Part shown: piece after piece, positions 22,911-34,667 of the stretch
How positions within the stretch are numbered: the stretch's first letter is position 1
How the letters are laid out: each line of letters starts with the position of its first letter
NCBI RefSeq assembly: GCF_001447785.1
Contig: NW_015159727.1
Coordinates: 553,060-614,425 of the forward strand
Direction: 5' to 3'
Length of the DNA: 61,366 bases
Source: Gekko japonicus
Taxonomy: Eukaryota
Position numbers and translations under genes: made by a program
Notes under the pieces: model-generated
Told to the model about the DNA's origin: nothing
The model's database searches: none
The model's input: only the letters and a program-made list of their open reading frames with translations

Positions 22911-25350
22911 AGGGTGATCAGATTTTGCCCAGACAAGTAAGAATTTCTTGTTGGCAAATGAAACAGGGCTGACGACATCACCCACCCATTGTGGATGGGA
23001 TTTGCTTATATACACACACATACATATGGAGAACTATTTATTATAAATTCATATACATTACTTATTTTTATTGAAATGGCAAGTTTGCACTGGCGAAGGA
23101 AAGAAATAACATAGTAAGCAAATAACAAAAGAAATGCCACCCACACAAATACTAATTTACCTCTCACTAAGCACTTCAATGGAGCTGCGGTGACTCAGTG
23201 GTTAAGACACTGAACTGCAGGCTGGAAGGTCAGTAGTTTAGCAGTTCGTGACCTGAGTGCCGCATGATGGAGTGAGCTCACGTCTCTGGTTCCAGCTCTT
23301 GCCAATCTAGCAGTTCGAAAGAACAAATTGCAAGTAGATAAATAGGTACCCCTTCGGTGGGAAGGTAACAGCGTTCTGTGTGCCTCGGCATCTAGTCATG
23401 CCAGCCACATGACCATGGAAATGTCTTTGGACAATGCTGGCTCTTCAGCTTGGAAACGGAGATGAGCACTGCACCCCTAGAGTTGGATTCGATTGGCTTT
23501 CGAGCAAGGGAAACCTTTTCCTTTACTAAGGGGTTCTATTATTACAACGCTGGTACCTGTATACCTATGATGAAGTGGTACCTGAATACTTGTTGGAAGA
23601 CTTTATCTCCCTAAATAGAGATGGTTATTCCAGTAGGTATTTGTAGAACTGAAGGCATGAATATTCACATAGGTTATATTGGAGTAACAGAACACCGTTT
23701 ACAGCTTCTGTGGTAAATCTGTTCCTTTCATCTGTCCACTGGATGTTCATTAAAGGAAATATTCTCTCAACACTTTCATTATGTCCTGGAATGCAGAAGA
23801 AAAATTGTACTATTTTAAGCAACTCAGAATGGAAGTTTGCATTGCAGCACTTTTGAAAGTATTTAACCCACTTGTTACTAACTGGTGCACTTTTGAAGTC
23901 TTCATCTATTTGAGCACTTTCAAAAAGAATCTTCATGTTACAGAACTAGTCAAAATATTGTACATCATACACCATCATGTCTTGATTTCAAGTATTTTAT
24001 GGTATGCTGAACATAATAAAATGAAAGGGTATCAGTTAAAGTCATCCAATGAAAGCAGCCATACTCATTAAAAGGAACTGTCAATTTCTGCAAATATTCC
24101 AAACACACTTTGTACAAGTAAGAAGCTTCTTTTATAAACATATGAACTTCTTTCTTCAGTCCATCTTTCTTTCCTTCACTTGGGATTTCTTTTGTTTTCA
24201 ATGAAAGGACGGCTGCTTCAGTTCTGTGTTGCAACGTTTGACAAACTCACTGCAATACAGTGAAAACCTCCAAAATTGAATTTTCCCCCTTTCTATTTCC
24301 TGGATTTTTTTAATGGAACATTGACATTAAATGCAAGTGTCACAGATATGCTTCTAAGTCATTTTCAGAGAATTTCTTCAATATGGATGGTCAATTGGAT
24401 TGAGACAGAAAAAAGCTTTCATACCAGGAAACATCTACAGTAACCATTCTATGACAGGAAAGAGGGATAGCAATCTTGTTCTGCTGTGATAATAATTGAC
24501 TGTAATTTATATCAATGAATTCACAGAAACTCTTTTGAGATTTTCTGTTCTTACTGTATATATGGAGAAACAATTATAAATCTTCATTATGGTGCATTCT
24601 GTGTCTACAGACAATGTTGCTGCTCCATGGTTTATACAGTTGGGAAGGATACATACTGGACAACCAACACAAACTAATTTTCTCTTTAATTCTGAAGACA
24701 TTTTGCTCCAAAACATTAGTATTTGTGTTATCACCAGAGAATGCAATGCTCTTCATTAGGAGGCCATGGTCCTTTAATGCTTGTGTAAAATGGTAGTACC
24801 CTATAGTTTCTGATTTTTCATTTGGCATGCTATTCAGCTGTATCAATTTTAATTTAATACCATAAACTTTATGAAAATATTGTATCAAAACAGGGAATAG
24901 TTTTTGTGATCCATGGCTGCTGACATCTGTGGAAACATCTAAGCAGAATATGTCATTTAAATCCTGAATTGCCATAGCAACAGAGTGTGGAGCAAGCACT
25001 CTATTGACAATGACCTTGGCTTTTGCTCTTGCAGAGGAAACCTCTTCCACTATGTCTGAATCAGGATATGTCACTTGATTTAATTTTGAAGTGCAATCCA
25101 TAGACCTATATGGTAGGTTGTTCTACAGCATGATGTTCTACAGCATGAAATGGCAATGTTCCTTCAGTTGCTATAACTCGGTCCTCTGTTTTTGAATTCT
25201 GTTTGATAAATAATTCACTGACCTCTGGGTATTATTTGGACGTTTTCTTGTCCTTGTCACTGTTAACATTTGCTTCCAAATAATGACTTCCTTTGTTTGC
25301 CACAGATACAAAACTCTTTCATGTAGTGCATTCTGCTTCATTTTCATATC
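22911..25350 (-). mobile_element. Decayed autonomous hAT transposon (Blackjack-like) with transposase pseudogene at ~23580-25350
   Basis: MDCTSKL...SSARAKAKVIVNRVLAP...STDVSSHGSQKLFPVLIQYF, FSGDNTNTN, and the dimerisation domain CIPGHNESVERIFPLMNIQWTDERNR. TIR-like AGGGTGATCA at 22911; the other terminus was not found. Confidence 0.85.
23181..23526 (+). mobile_element. Sauria SINE inserted in the hAT element
   Basis: Same head, core and tail as 12777-13130, with more CpG decay. Confidence 0.92.
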
Positions 25351-25903
25351 TCAAATACTAAAGCACCATGTACAATAAATTGAAATAAACATCTAAATTA
25401 TATAAGCAATATTTGTATTGTGCCAGTTGCTGTAAAGGTACAATATTTTCACAAATTTAAATGATATGAACAAAACATACACAATATTTCAAGTGATTAA
25501 CACTTCAAAGAGTTGTTAACAGTTCAAAGAGTTGTAAACAAATATCAGGTTCACAACATGAAGCTTGCAAGACTATGGGGAGCCGGTAAGAAGAATCCTG
25601 TCTCTGTGTGCCTATCTGAATATTGCCTTCCACACTGTGGTCCTTCTGTTGTAGTAATATCCTCGTTTTCATTTCTGCCAGCACTGATGCAAGGAAATTT
25701 TATTTCAAGTTCATGGTTTAATTTACACTTCCTCTTTGGCATATTCCTGCTCATGAAGGAAAAATACAAGCTGCTTCACCTTCCACCTTGCTGGTCTGGA
25801 TATTCCAAAGGACTTCTCTCTAGCACACGAGGTTGCTCACCAGCAGCAGCAGAAGGCAGCAAATGCAATGAAAAGCCTCCCATCAGACTCCTAAAGAGAG
25901 AGC

Positions 25904-26328
25904 TGTTAGCCAGAACCCAGAGCTCACCATAGTGACTGAGTCCACACAGTCTTGGAATAATAAACAAGACACTTTATTTGGATTTGAGATTCAAGATGAT
26001 TAAATCAAGATGATTAAAGAGCACATGAACACAAGGCATTCAGAACAAAAAGCAAGGCCTTCAGTTCTCTCTCACACACAGGCAGAAGCTTCTAGTAGGG
26101 AACCAGTGTCCCCCTTCTCTTTACCACACTTTGGAAAGCAAAACCACATCAGCATGCTGTGCTCACAAAGACCAGGCTTCAAGCATTCAAAATATAAGAA
26201 TGTTTAATAAATAAAAATAAAGAGTATGCAGGGTCTGTATAAGCAGCAGGCTCAGCAAGGATAAAAAGAAATGTCAAAAAACAAGTGATTCTTTAAACCC
26301 TAAACTTTATACTTATCCTAACTGATGT
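25904..26328 (-). mobile_element. Possible solo LTR
   Basis: Begins TGTTAG and has TTTATT (minus-strand polyA signal) ~70 nt inside; the far end is degenerate and no TSD was seen. Confidence 0.3.
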
Positions 26329-26336
26329 TTAATTAG

Positions 26337-26694
26337 GGCCTCGGTCACACGGGCCAGAAAACGTGGGGGGGGAGGTGTGGCTCTTTGCACTGTCGTAATC
26401 TGATGTGAGATTAGGCAATGAGACTTGACGGTGGCACACCAGGGCTTCCACCGTCGGCGCACGCAACAAAGAGGATGCTGGCATGATCACACCACAGGAG
26501 TCCGGAGGCAGCCCGTGGCAAACCATTTGCTGGTAGGTCGATCCTGGTAGGTTTTAACTACGTGGCTTCGGTGACTTGCTGCGGGTTGGCCATGGGAGTG
26601 CTACGCCTCCCAGATGTTCTGGTGAGATCGCGCCCAGAAAATCCACCAGAATACTGTGCCTTCAGTGGGGCAAATGCTCTGTGTGACTGGGGCC
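26337..26694. mobile_element. Harbinger-type MITE
   Basis: TIRs GGCCTCGGTCACACGG and CTGTGTGACTGGGGCC; TSD imperfect. Confidence 0.65.
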
Positions 26695-27189
26695 ATTGAT
26701 AGGCTAATAATTCTTGAAGTTGCAGCAAAGTCTGTCAATACTTTAGTTCTAAAAGTTTGGGCCTCTCCCCATTGTTCCTGAAGACTTTGTCCTTCATTGC
26801 TTGTACCCACCCAAGAAAGAATAATGAGGAGAAAAGATTTTCCTTCTCATGTCCTAAGAATTGACAGTTACTCCTTGGGAGCCCATCTCCCCAGAATCAG
26901 TCTTGGTCTTTCTGCCTCAAGAGAAAGAAATTACTTTCTAGCCTTTGAGCTGTCACAGTCTCTGTCCCTTTAGATGTGAGTGACACTTCAGCATGGTGTG
27001 AGAAACTTTTGTTCTCATTTCAGCCAGATCCATTTGCATAACTAAACTGTGGAGTACTCTGTGCCTAGAGTTTGATGACTCCTCCCCCAGCACCTTTCCT
27101 TTTTGCCACTCTTGAATTTGCAGCTAGGTTTCATCTCATAGGCAGTGTGCAGTTCCAGTGACAGAATTATTGGGGTGAATTTTTTTTAA

Positions 27190-27555
27190 TTTAGTTTCGC
27201 ATAGATGGCCAGGAGAGTGGGAGCTTTCCTGACCTCCTCTGGCAGGCCAGTCCATAAAGTGGGAACCACAACACAGAAAGCACATGTACAAGCAGTTGTT
27301 GATTTTGCACAGTTGCACGCTGGCAGAGCAGAAGGCCCTGCTGACATGAGTGAAGTTGTTGTCATGGAGCATGGGCAGGGAGAGTAGGTCCTGAAAATAA
27401 GAGGAACCAAGCCCATGAAGGGCTTTTGTACATGATAGCAACTACCTTAAACTGAGCCTGGTAACAAATGGGCAGTCAATGGGAGTGTCTGCAGAATGAC
27501 AGTAATAGGTATGCTCCATCTAGCTCCCAATAATGGTTGAGGCCTGGCATTCTAG
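27190..27555 (-). mobile_element. L2 LINE 3' fragment
   Basis: KALHGLGSSYFQDLLS and AFCVVVPTLWTGLPEEVRKAPTL. Confidence 0.8.
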
Positions 27556-28111
27556 GGTGGAGGGCAGTTCTCCAAAAGTGCAAATTGGTGACTCCTTAAA
27601 GACAATCAGGACCTTGCTTCATAGCAGATGGGAGATACAAAAGGTATGCAGCAAGCAAGTTCTTCTGAGTCTTCTGTAGCCCACAGGGGTTCTGTGGCAG
27701 ATACTTAAAGGCTGCTTGGCAGACAAGTCCATGTGGAAAGAGTTAACTAAAAATAGAAAGTTATAAAATCACTTGCATAGTAGCTATCAGTACTGTCAAA
27801 TACTGTTAAATATCAGCTATCCAGCACTGAAACTAAATATCCTTGGGTGTCAAACACAATTATTAATTTTTCAGTGCATATATGCCAATTCAAAGAATAT
27901 CCAAGTAACATTCAATATCAGCATTCACAAAGGAAAATTTAGAGAAGAATTTTAAGAGGAAATTTATTTCAGCAGAATACAGAACATACTGCCAATTCCT
28001 TTGTTTAATTACAGTGCTCAGCTGCTCCCACAAAAACTGAAGATATGTAAAACTCATTTAATCATACAGTTTACTGCAGCTGCTTAAAATGTTAATTTCA
28101 TTTCAATTCAG

Positions 28112-28157
28112 ATCCAAAACAGAAATGGTGAAGATTATGGCTATCAGTCTGTAAAAG
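28112..28157 (+). CDS. Candidate host exon B (IQNRNGEDYGYQSVK)
   Basis: ttaatttcatttcaattcag| acceptor and AAG|gtaaat donor. Only the phase-0 frame is open; ends in phase 1. Confidence 0.5.
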
Positions 28158-28385
28158 GTAAATTGTGCACACAGCCATGTTTTGGATTGGGGCCATGCAG
28201 GAAGAGAAGAGGTGATTTGTTTGATATTTCAAGTGTCAGCCAGTTAGTTTTGCTGACTGAAACTAGGTTTCCCCAGCAGGTGTTAGCATTTTGAAAGGTC
28301 AAAAGACACATTTTGATTGAAGCACAATTCTTTCTTTAAAATTGTTAAGGACTGCTAAGCACAAGGAGCCCAGTTACATTAGTGA

Positions 28386-28831
28386 AACTCCCGGTCACAC
28401 GGAAGGTTTTGGCCCGGGAGAGGGATGGACCGGGGGCGCAGCAAACAGGCGCAATCTCACCGCAACATCTGGGAAGCGGCGCACACCCGTCCCCGATCTG
28501 GCCCTTCAGGCCGAAAACCCGCAGTAAAAAAGAACCACCCCCAGAGGAGGACTTACCGGGAATGCCGCATCAAGCGCGGCCGTGGGATCGCCGCCGCGCC
28601 CGTCGTCCGGAGCAATCCAGGCTCCCGGCCGAACTGCACATGCGCACACATGGGCAGTTCGGCTGCCTCGCTCCCCTTTCAGTGGCTTCCCCCCGGCATC
28701 GGATCGTGCCGGGGAGGAAGTGCGCGGCGGCTCAGGGGATCTATGTGATCCCACCGGTGCGTGTCTCTTTTGGTGCGGCTTTAAAAAGCCGCACTTTGCC
28801 GGTGCTTTTTCCCCCCGTGTGGCAGGGGCCC
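28386..28831. mobile_element. GC/CpG-rich Harbinger-type MITE
   Basis: Ends CCCGGTCACACGG ... CCGTGTGGCAGGGGCCC; many intact CpGs. Confidence 0.6.
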
Positions 28832-28927
28832 AAGTAGTGCTTGAAGAGTTAAAATCCTCCATTCCCTTATTTTGTGGCCCCAATCCCAAACATGGCTGTG
28901 GGCACATATGCAATTTACTTTTTGTAG

Positions 28928-29001
28928 ACTGTCTGATATCTCTGATCTTCATGATATATATTTTGGCCCTTAGTTGTTGCTATTCCATGTTAAATTTGCA
29001 G
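28928..29001 (+). CDS. Candidate host exon C (D-CLISLIFMIYILALSCCYSMLNLQ), hydrophobic helix
   Basis: atttactttttgtag| acceptor and CAG|gtaaaa donor. Only the phase-1 frame is open, matching exon B. Confidence 0.5.
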
Positions 29002-29437
29002 GTAAAATCGATAATTGAGTTCTAGTCTACCAGCTTTCCTATACTTAGGGATTTTGCTGAGAGATCTATATATATAAAGGAAACCTTTTTTTTTTTTTAC
29101 AAACTTCTGCTTGAATTTTGGTGGGTTGCTCTGTGTGTTTGCTTCCTGTGTGGTTGCATAAAGGGTTCTAGTAGCTCCCCCTTCAGCCAAGATCTGCTTC
29201 ATTCTTGAATAAACCATCAAATGTTCCAATTTTTACAACCCTCAATATGGCCAGTCTGAGCAGCAGCAGTGAACAGATATTTATTTTTCATATTTTTGAC
29301 TAAAGTTTTTTTAAAAATAATATACATTATATAGTAAATATAATGCTACCTTTTGAATACAATGTAACTTAACACTGCTGAAAACAGTCTAGTTATAAGA
29401 TAGCAAATTTGGGGAGGGGTTACATAGGAAAATATGT

Positions 29438-31272
29438 TGTTGTTTTTGTTTTTTTATTTAAAATGTATTATTTTCTTACTACATACACTAACAACACTAC
29501 AAACACTACAACACTAAACTAAAACATACGCTACACAAGGATCATACAAAATGATTGGTCATTAGCTTAAGCAAAGTTCCCTCTATAGTAAAATTAATGG
29601 AATGGAGTTATTCCTTATAGCTTCCTTACAAACTGGTATTTATATGATTAAATCAGGTAGTTACAGTTTAAACAATTTAACTTTCAAGTTTATAAGATTA
29701 TATTATTTCGGCTTCTTTTCTCTGAACTTTTTTTATCAAAGTTCCATTGGACCTTCATGAGTTTTGGGGCTGCCACCCCTTTATCTGATTCAGAGTCCTC
29801 TTCTGGGTTACTGCCTGCCGTGCTTCCTGAACTTTCTGACCCATATGTGCTGCCTTCTTCTTCCAAGTCTTTTTCCTCTGTTACTCTCTTGTCACATGCT
29901 AGTCTTTGTTGCTGTTCCAAAAATGGCTTTGCTTTAAAGACAGAGTCAAGCTTTTCTTTTTTATCTTTATAGCTGAAGACAAGTCCCTCAGGTATTATCC
30001 ATGGGTACGGTGTGGAGTTTTTCTGCAAAAAGCTAGTTAAGTTTTTATATTGTTTTCTCTTCCTTTTTATTTCAAATGGTATGTCTTTTAAGACTGATTT
30101 CTTCGTCTTTGATTTTTAGAGTTGTTTCATTTGTGGCTTGAGCACCAGGTCTCTTGTAGATCTCTTTGAGAATCTCACCATTATTTCCCCAGGCAGGTTT
30201 TTTTTTTCTTAATGAATTCTGGATATGTCCGCTAGATCATATCCATATCGCTTTGTAGTACATCTGCTGTTAAACCTGTCATTGGGGCCAACGCTTCACT
30301 TAAGATTTCCTTCAGATTCTCATCCTTCTGTTCAGGAACACCTTGAAACCTCAGAACATAGGTTGATTTTTCGATTTGGAGTTTTAAAAGCTAGTCTTTG
30401 TCAGAGATCCTCTCTTTCTCCACTACCTCCAGTCTTTGTTGAATTGCTTTTGACTTGGCTTCAACCTTTCTCACTGCTTTTGCCATCTCCTCTGTTTTTA
30501 TATTACTCTCACAGTGCTTCAGTGCTGTTTTTGGAGTGCTTCAAAGTTATTATTGAGGTTAGTCATCTGATCCAACAGAGGGCACAGTGCTGTAGCCAGC
30601 ATATTGGGAAGGTCAGTATTCACTTCCAGTTTAGCAACCGGATGTGCTGATTTCACAGTTCCAGGAGAGTGCTTCGGTCTCGTTGCCATCTTTTCTGCCC
30701 GAGAAGTCATTGTTTACAGTTCAGAGAAAGTTTTTAAAAGTCACTGGAAGTTCATTTATGAAGTCACTTTAAACAGATCTGTACTTTACTTGATTCAATC
30801 TGGAATTGCCATTGCCTCTAGCCCCTTATGTCGCTTAGAGAGTTTGTTTAAGATTGGGGGGGCAGATTCCCTCCCCCTGCGTCATTACAGATTGGGACTT
30901 TGGGGCTTCGGATGGGCACTTAACTGCATAACCAGTTAAAGGGAAATAGCACTCATGCTTCATTCCATGCCAGCTGCAGAGGTAGGGAAAACGTAGTTTC
31001 ACTTGATCACTTGTTTGCTCGCACGGTGAACGCCTCTTGGAGGCATGATGGCACCGTGGCGGCAAGACCTATCGGGGCAAAAAGGAGTCTCGATCCCTTG
31101 GCCTCAACCTCAGGAGAGGCACCTCTCATGCCCCAGGCTGGGAGACCCCTCCAAGGACTCCAGGGGGGTCCGGATCAACCAACACCCCTCCTGTCTGCTG
31201 CGTCATGGGCCACCCCTATCAGAGCTCCAATGGAGCATGCCTGCCATGCATGTCGCTGAAACCAGAACCTGA
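29438..31272 (-). mobile_element. ORF1-only L1-like (HAL1-like) retroelement, copy 2, ORF1 frameshifted
   Basis: TSD GAAAATATGT (29428-29437 and 31273-31282); A-rich tail with AATAAA. Peptides PLLDQMTNLN and YPWIIPEGLVF..KKEKLD..EEDSESDKGVAAPK match copy 1, and the 5' end TTCTGGTTTCAGCGACATG resembles copy 1. Confidence 0.88.
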
Positions 31273-31539
31273 GAAAATATGTAACTGTATCAGATGGCAA
31301 TGTTGCTGGGAGCCTCCTGTTGGCATCAGCATCTAAATCTGAGTTCTTGCCTTGGTTCCAGCTAGACTATTTATTAGTACAAACTGAGAATGCTTCCTGT
31401 GATGTCCCCAAAAGTGTGGGGTGCACTGTTAATCTACAGAGGGAACAATCTTTTGCCCACACCTTCAGCCATTCACCTTACTTTTGCCCTTCATGCTGTT
31501 CCTAGAGTCTCAATCCCCCACCCACATTCCCTTGCTCTT

Positions 31540-31724
31540 GCTTAAGGAATCACCAGAAACTCTATGGTAGAATTATAGCATTTCCTGAGATTCCTGGAAC
31601 TACCTCTGTCACTTCCAGATTTTTACCAGAAGTGACTTGGCACTGCAGGCAGCATCACAGCCCCCCCCCCCCATATTCTGCCCACAACCCTCCCACCTGT
31701 TGCCAAGCACTGCTTGGCAACCCT
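31540..31724. mobile_element. hAT-type MITE fragment
   Basis: Ends TTGGCAACCCTA and shares aaactctatggt with 51303-51625 and 55770-56192. Confidence 0.55.
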
Positions 31725-32147
31725 ACCTTTTACCCAGTGCTCATTTGCTGCTAATCAGCATTGGAGAATATGTGACATTCTACAGCCTTTCTAGATTTAA
31801 AAATGAAAGTTTGCATTTTCCTTTTCTCAGGAAATAAAGGTATATTATGAGCCAAAGTACTGACTGACTGTCAAGAATATTTGTAACAATACTAAGCAGT
31901 GTCATTTGGGGGGGGGGGTCAGTAGTTGTTTTGAAAGCATTTACGTATCCTGGGTGCATTCCTGTTATTCTATACTTATTTGGCTTGCCCTCAGTGCTAT
32001 CAGCACATGGCTAAACCTGGCTGGTTAATTAGATCTGCAACACTGTCACGTTGTAGTGGAATTCTTGCTTGTCTAGGATCAGTCATGTGAGTAATTCAAG
32101 AAATGGGGGAGGGAGTGACCCTAGAAAATGAATGATTCTAAAACATC

Positions 32148-32150
<3 letters not shown>

Positions 32151-32183
<33 letters not shown>

Positions 32184-32232
32184 CCCCTCCCTCTCCCCCT
32201 CTCTCCCTCCTCCCTCCTCTCTCATCTCTCTA
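32151..32232. repeat. (CT)n / polypyrimidine microsatellite
   Basis: Seen directly. Confidence 0.9.
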
Positions 32233-32239
32233 TCTAGTA

Positions 32240-33135
32240 CTGCTCATATAGCCATAGTCTTGATCAGAAAATAGAATGATAAAATAAGATAATGCCTTAC
32301 TTAGTGTTATTCTTCTGTTGTTCAATTATTGCCCCCATAGATTTTGCCATGGAGAGAGTAATAAAATCATTTATATCCGACAGTAACCACATCACCTGTG
32401 CCCTCATACTGTCAGATGCCTCTGTGGGCATTTCCTTATTCTAAGTAAAGGAGTAATTAAACTAGCCCTCAGTTCATTAAATATAGAACATTCCATAATC
32501 GTATGTTCAATTGTTTCAATTTTATCGTGTGAGCATCTACATGTTCTATTTGAATATAGCACTTTTTTATATCTACCCTCCAAAACCACCGATGGAAGGG
32601 CATTCATTCTTGCAAGAGTAAAAGCTCTTCTGAGCTTTGGTATTGTCAAACGATAAAAATGTTTTGGCAGTTGCATAGGGAGGGGTATGCCCAAATAAGA
32701 TGCCAAACATACCCTGCGGGCCCTGACAAGTATCTAGGGTTTCTTACACATACTTTAATTAGCCTAGTTATTTCTGTGGTCTCCATAGTCTTTACCATAT
32801 AATTTGTTATTCCTAAGCATTTCATTTTCTTTTCCAATAGATGATACCAATGGCTAATATGCACATCTGCCTGTACAAGTCCAAGTAGAGTAGGCTTTCC
32901 CTTGGATTTTAAGATTTTAATTTTCAAGAGGAATGCTTTTATCCATGCCTTAGCCTCCATTGACTGTTCACCAAGTTCAGCTCTCAATGCTATGCCCAAA
33001 ACACGTCTAGGAGTAGCCAATAAGCATCAAAAGAAATCATACTGAATATGGCCCATTCTCTCAGAGACAGCATAAATCCAAATTTCTGTACCATATAAAA
33101 CCTTAGCATTATATACCTTTAAAACTGAGGGGACA
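32240..33135 (-). mobile_element. Non-LTR retrotransposon 3' end (RTE-X-like) with C-terminal zinc knuckle
   Basis: RRAFTLARMNALPSVVLEGRY...RTCRCSHDKIETIEHTIMEC (C-C-H-C), and RRVLGIALRAELG upstream. Confidence 0.75.
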
Positions 33136-33780
33136 AAAAAAAAATGAACCATAATGAGAAAAAGTAAACATTCTCAATTCCTAAACAAAGAGTATTTTGT
33201 ATGACCTGATATAAAACTCAGCTGATGGTGTAATAGGCCGTACCTGTTTTGCAGTTTTTAAAAAAGAAATGAGTGCTTGATTCTAGGTAGGACAACCCTA
33301 GTACAGCTTGGACAGTGAATTACAGATTCTTCACACAATACTTCTGGTATTACTGTATGTACAGATGGGTACCTAAAACAAAATGTTGCAGATTGTGCTG
33401 CCCTTCCTGAACTTTCCCCTTTCGCTGCTGACTGCTGAGAGTGAGGTGATGGCTCTGGAGGCCAGTGAGTGTATGAGAAGGAGCTTGCTTGCCCATCTGT
33501 CCAACTCTAGCACAGAAGCCCCAGTGACACTGACTGATCAAAAGCCACTGTGAAAGTTTGGGGAGGATAGCTGAGGTCATGGTAGGACTGGTGGGTGAGA
33601 AGCAGCCCCAAGTGCTGGCTGTGGAGGCAGCAGTGGTGGCTTCCACTCATCTCCTTGCCTACTCATTCATCCTTCTGTCACTGTCCTCCCTGCCACTTTG
33701 CAGTGGGGCACACCAGCTCCTAGCTTCCTTCCCCCACTCACCAATGTACTGAGTAATCACTACTATATATAGTAGTAAGT

Positions 33781-33844
33781 CTGTAAACCGCTCTGAGACC
33801 CATTAGGGGTTATGGGCGGTATATAAGTCTCATGTAAATAAAAA
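33781..33844 (+). mobile_element. L2/SINE 3' tail fragment
   Basis: tgtaaaccgctctgag...gggcggtatataagt...aaataaaaa. Confidence 0.6.
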
Positions 33845-34667
33845 GCTTCTTGTGTTCAGCACAGAGGGGTTGAACCTCAGCTGAGAGGTCTCCCCAGTGC
33901 TTTCTATTTTTCACCCTTCACCCCACGCAATCTGAGAAAAGGGTATTGTGCATAAGGTCTTGGAACTGTTTGCATTTAAAAAATAATCATTTCCTGCCCA
34001 TCTTAGACCCCATCCAAAATATATCCCTGACCTAGTTGGCTGAAGGGGACACGGAGGGAAGCCACGCCCGACGCAGCCATGATGGCAGTGGGGGAAGCCT
34101 CGCTGGTCAGGCTGGTGATGAAGGAAGCCACACGCTAGCTGATCTGGCAATAGGAGAAGCCTAGTGGGGAGGAAGGTTGATGCTGGCAGCAGAAGTGTGT
34201 TGAGCCTGCAGCGCAGGAGATGGCTCCTCTGTTTGGGTTTTTTTTTTTTACACCCACCCATTTTTTTTAACATTTCAGATTTTTCTGCAAAAAAGGGGGG
34301 TTCCCAAGTTTGGAGGAAAAAAATCCCTTCACCTGTTCCTTATCTGAAGATATAAATATCTCCAGATTGGACTCTATTGACTATTAGAATATAAGTATAA
34401 GCTATACATGCATGGTATTATGTGTAAGAGATCATATGAATATAAATTGCTTCTTTTCTCAACAAAATATGCCAAAGCAGAGCTCAGGAGAGTTCTGGAT
34501 CTTTCTTTCAGATATCTTATCAATTGAAACATTAATTTAAATGCACAAGCATATGTATTTTCTATCACCTATGGTATTTAAACATATATTGCTATCATAA
34601 GGAAAGTATTTCATGTGTATGAGATCAATGCTTGTTGTTGTTGTTGTTTTTTAAAAGGTGCCAGTAC

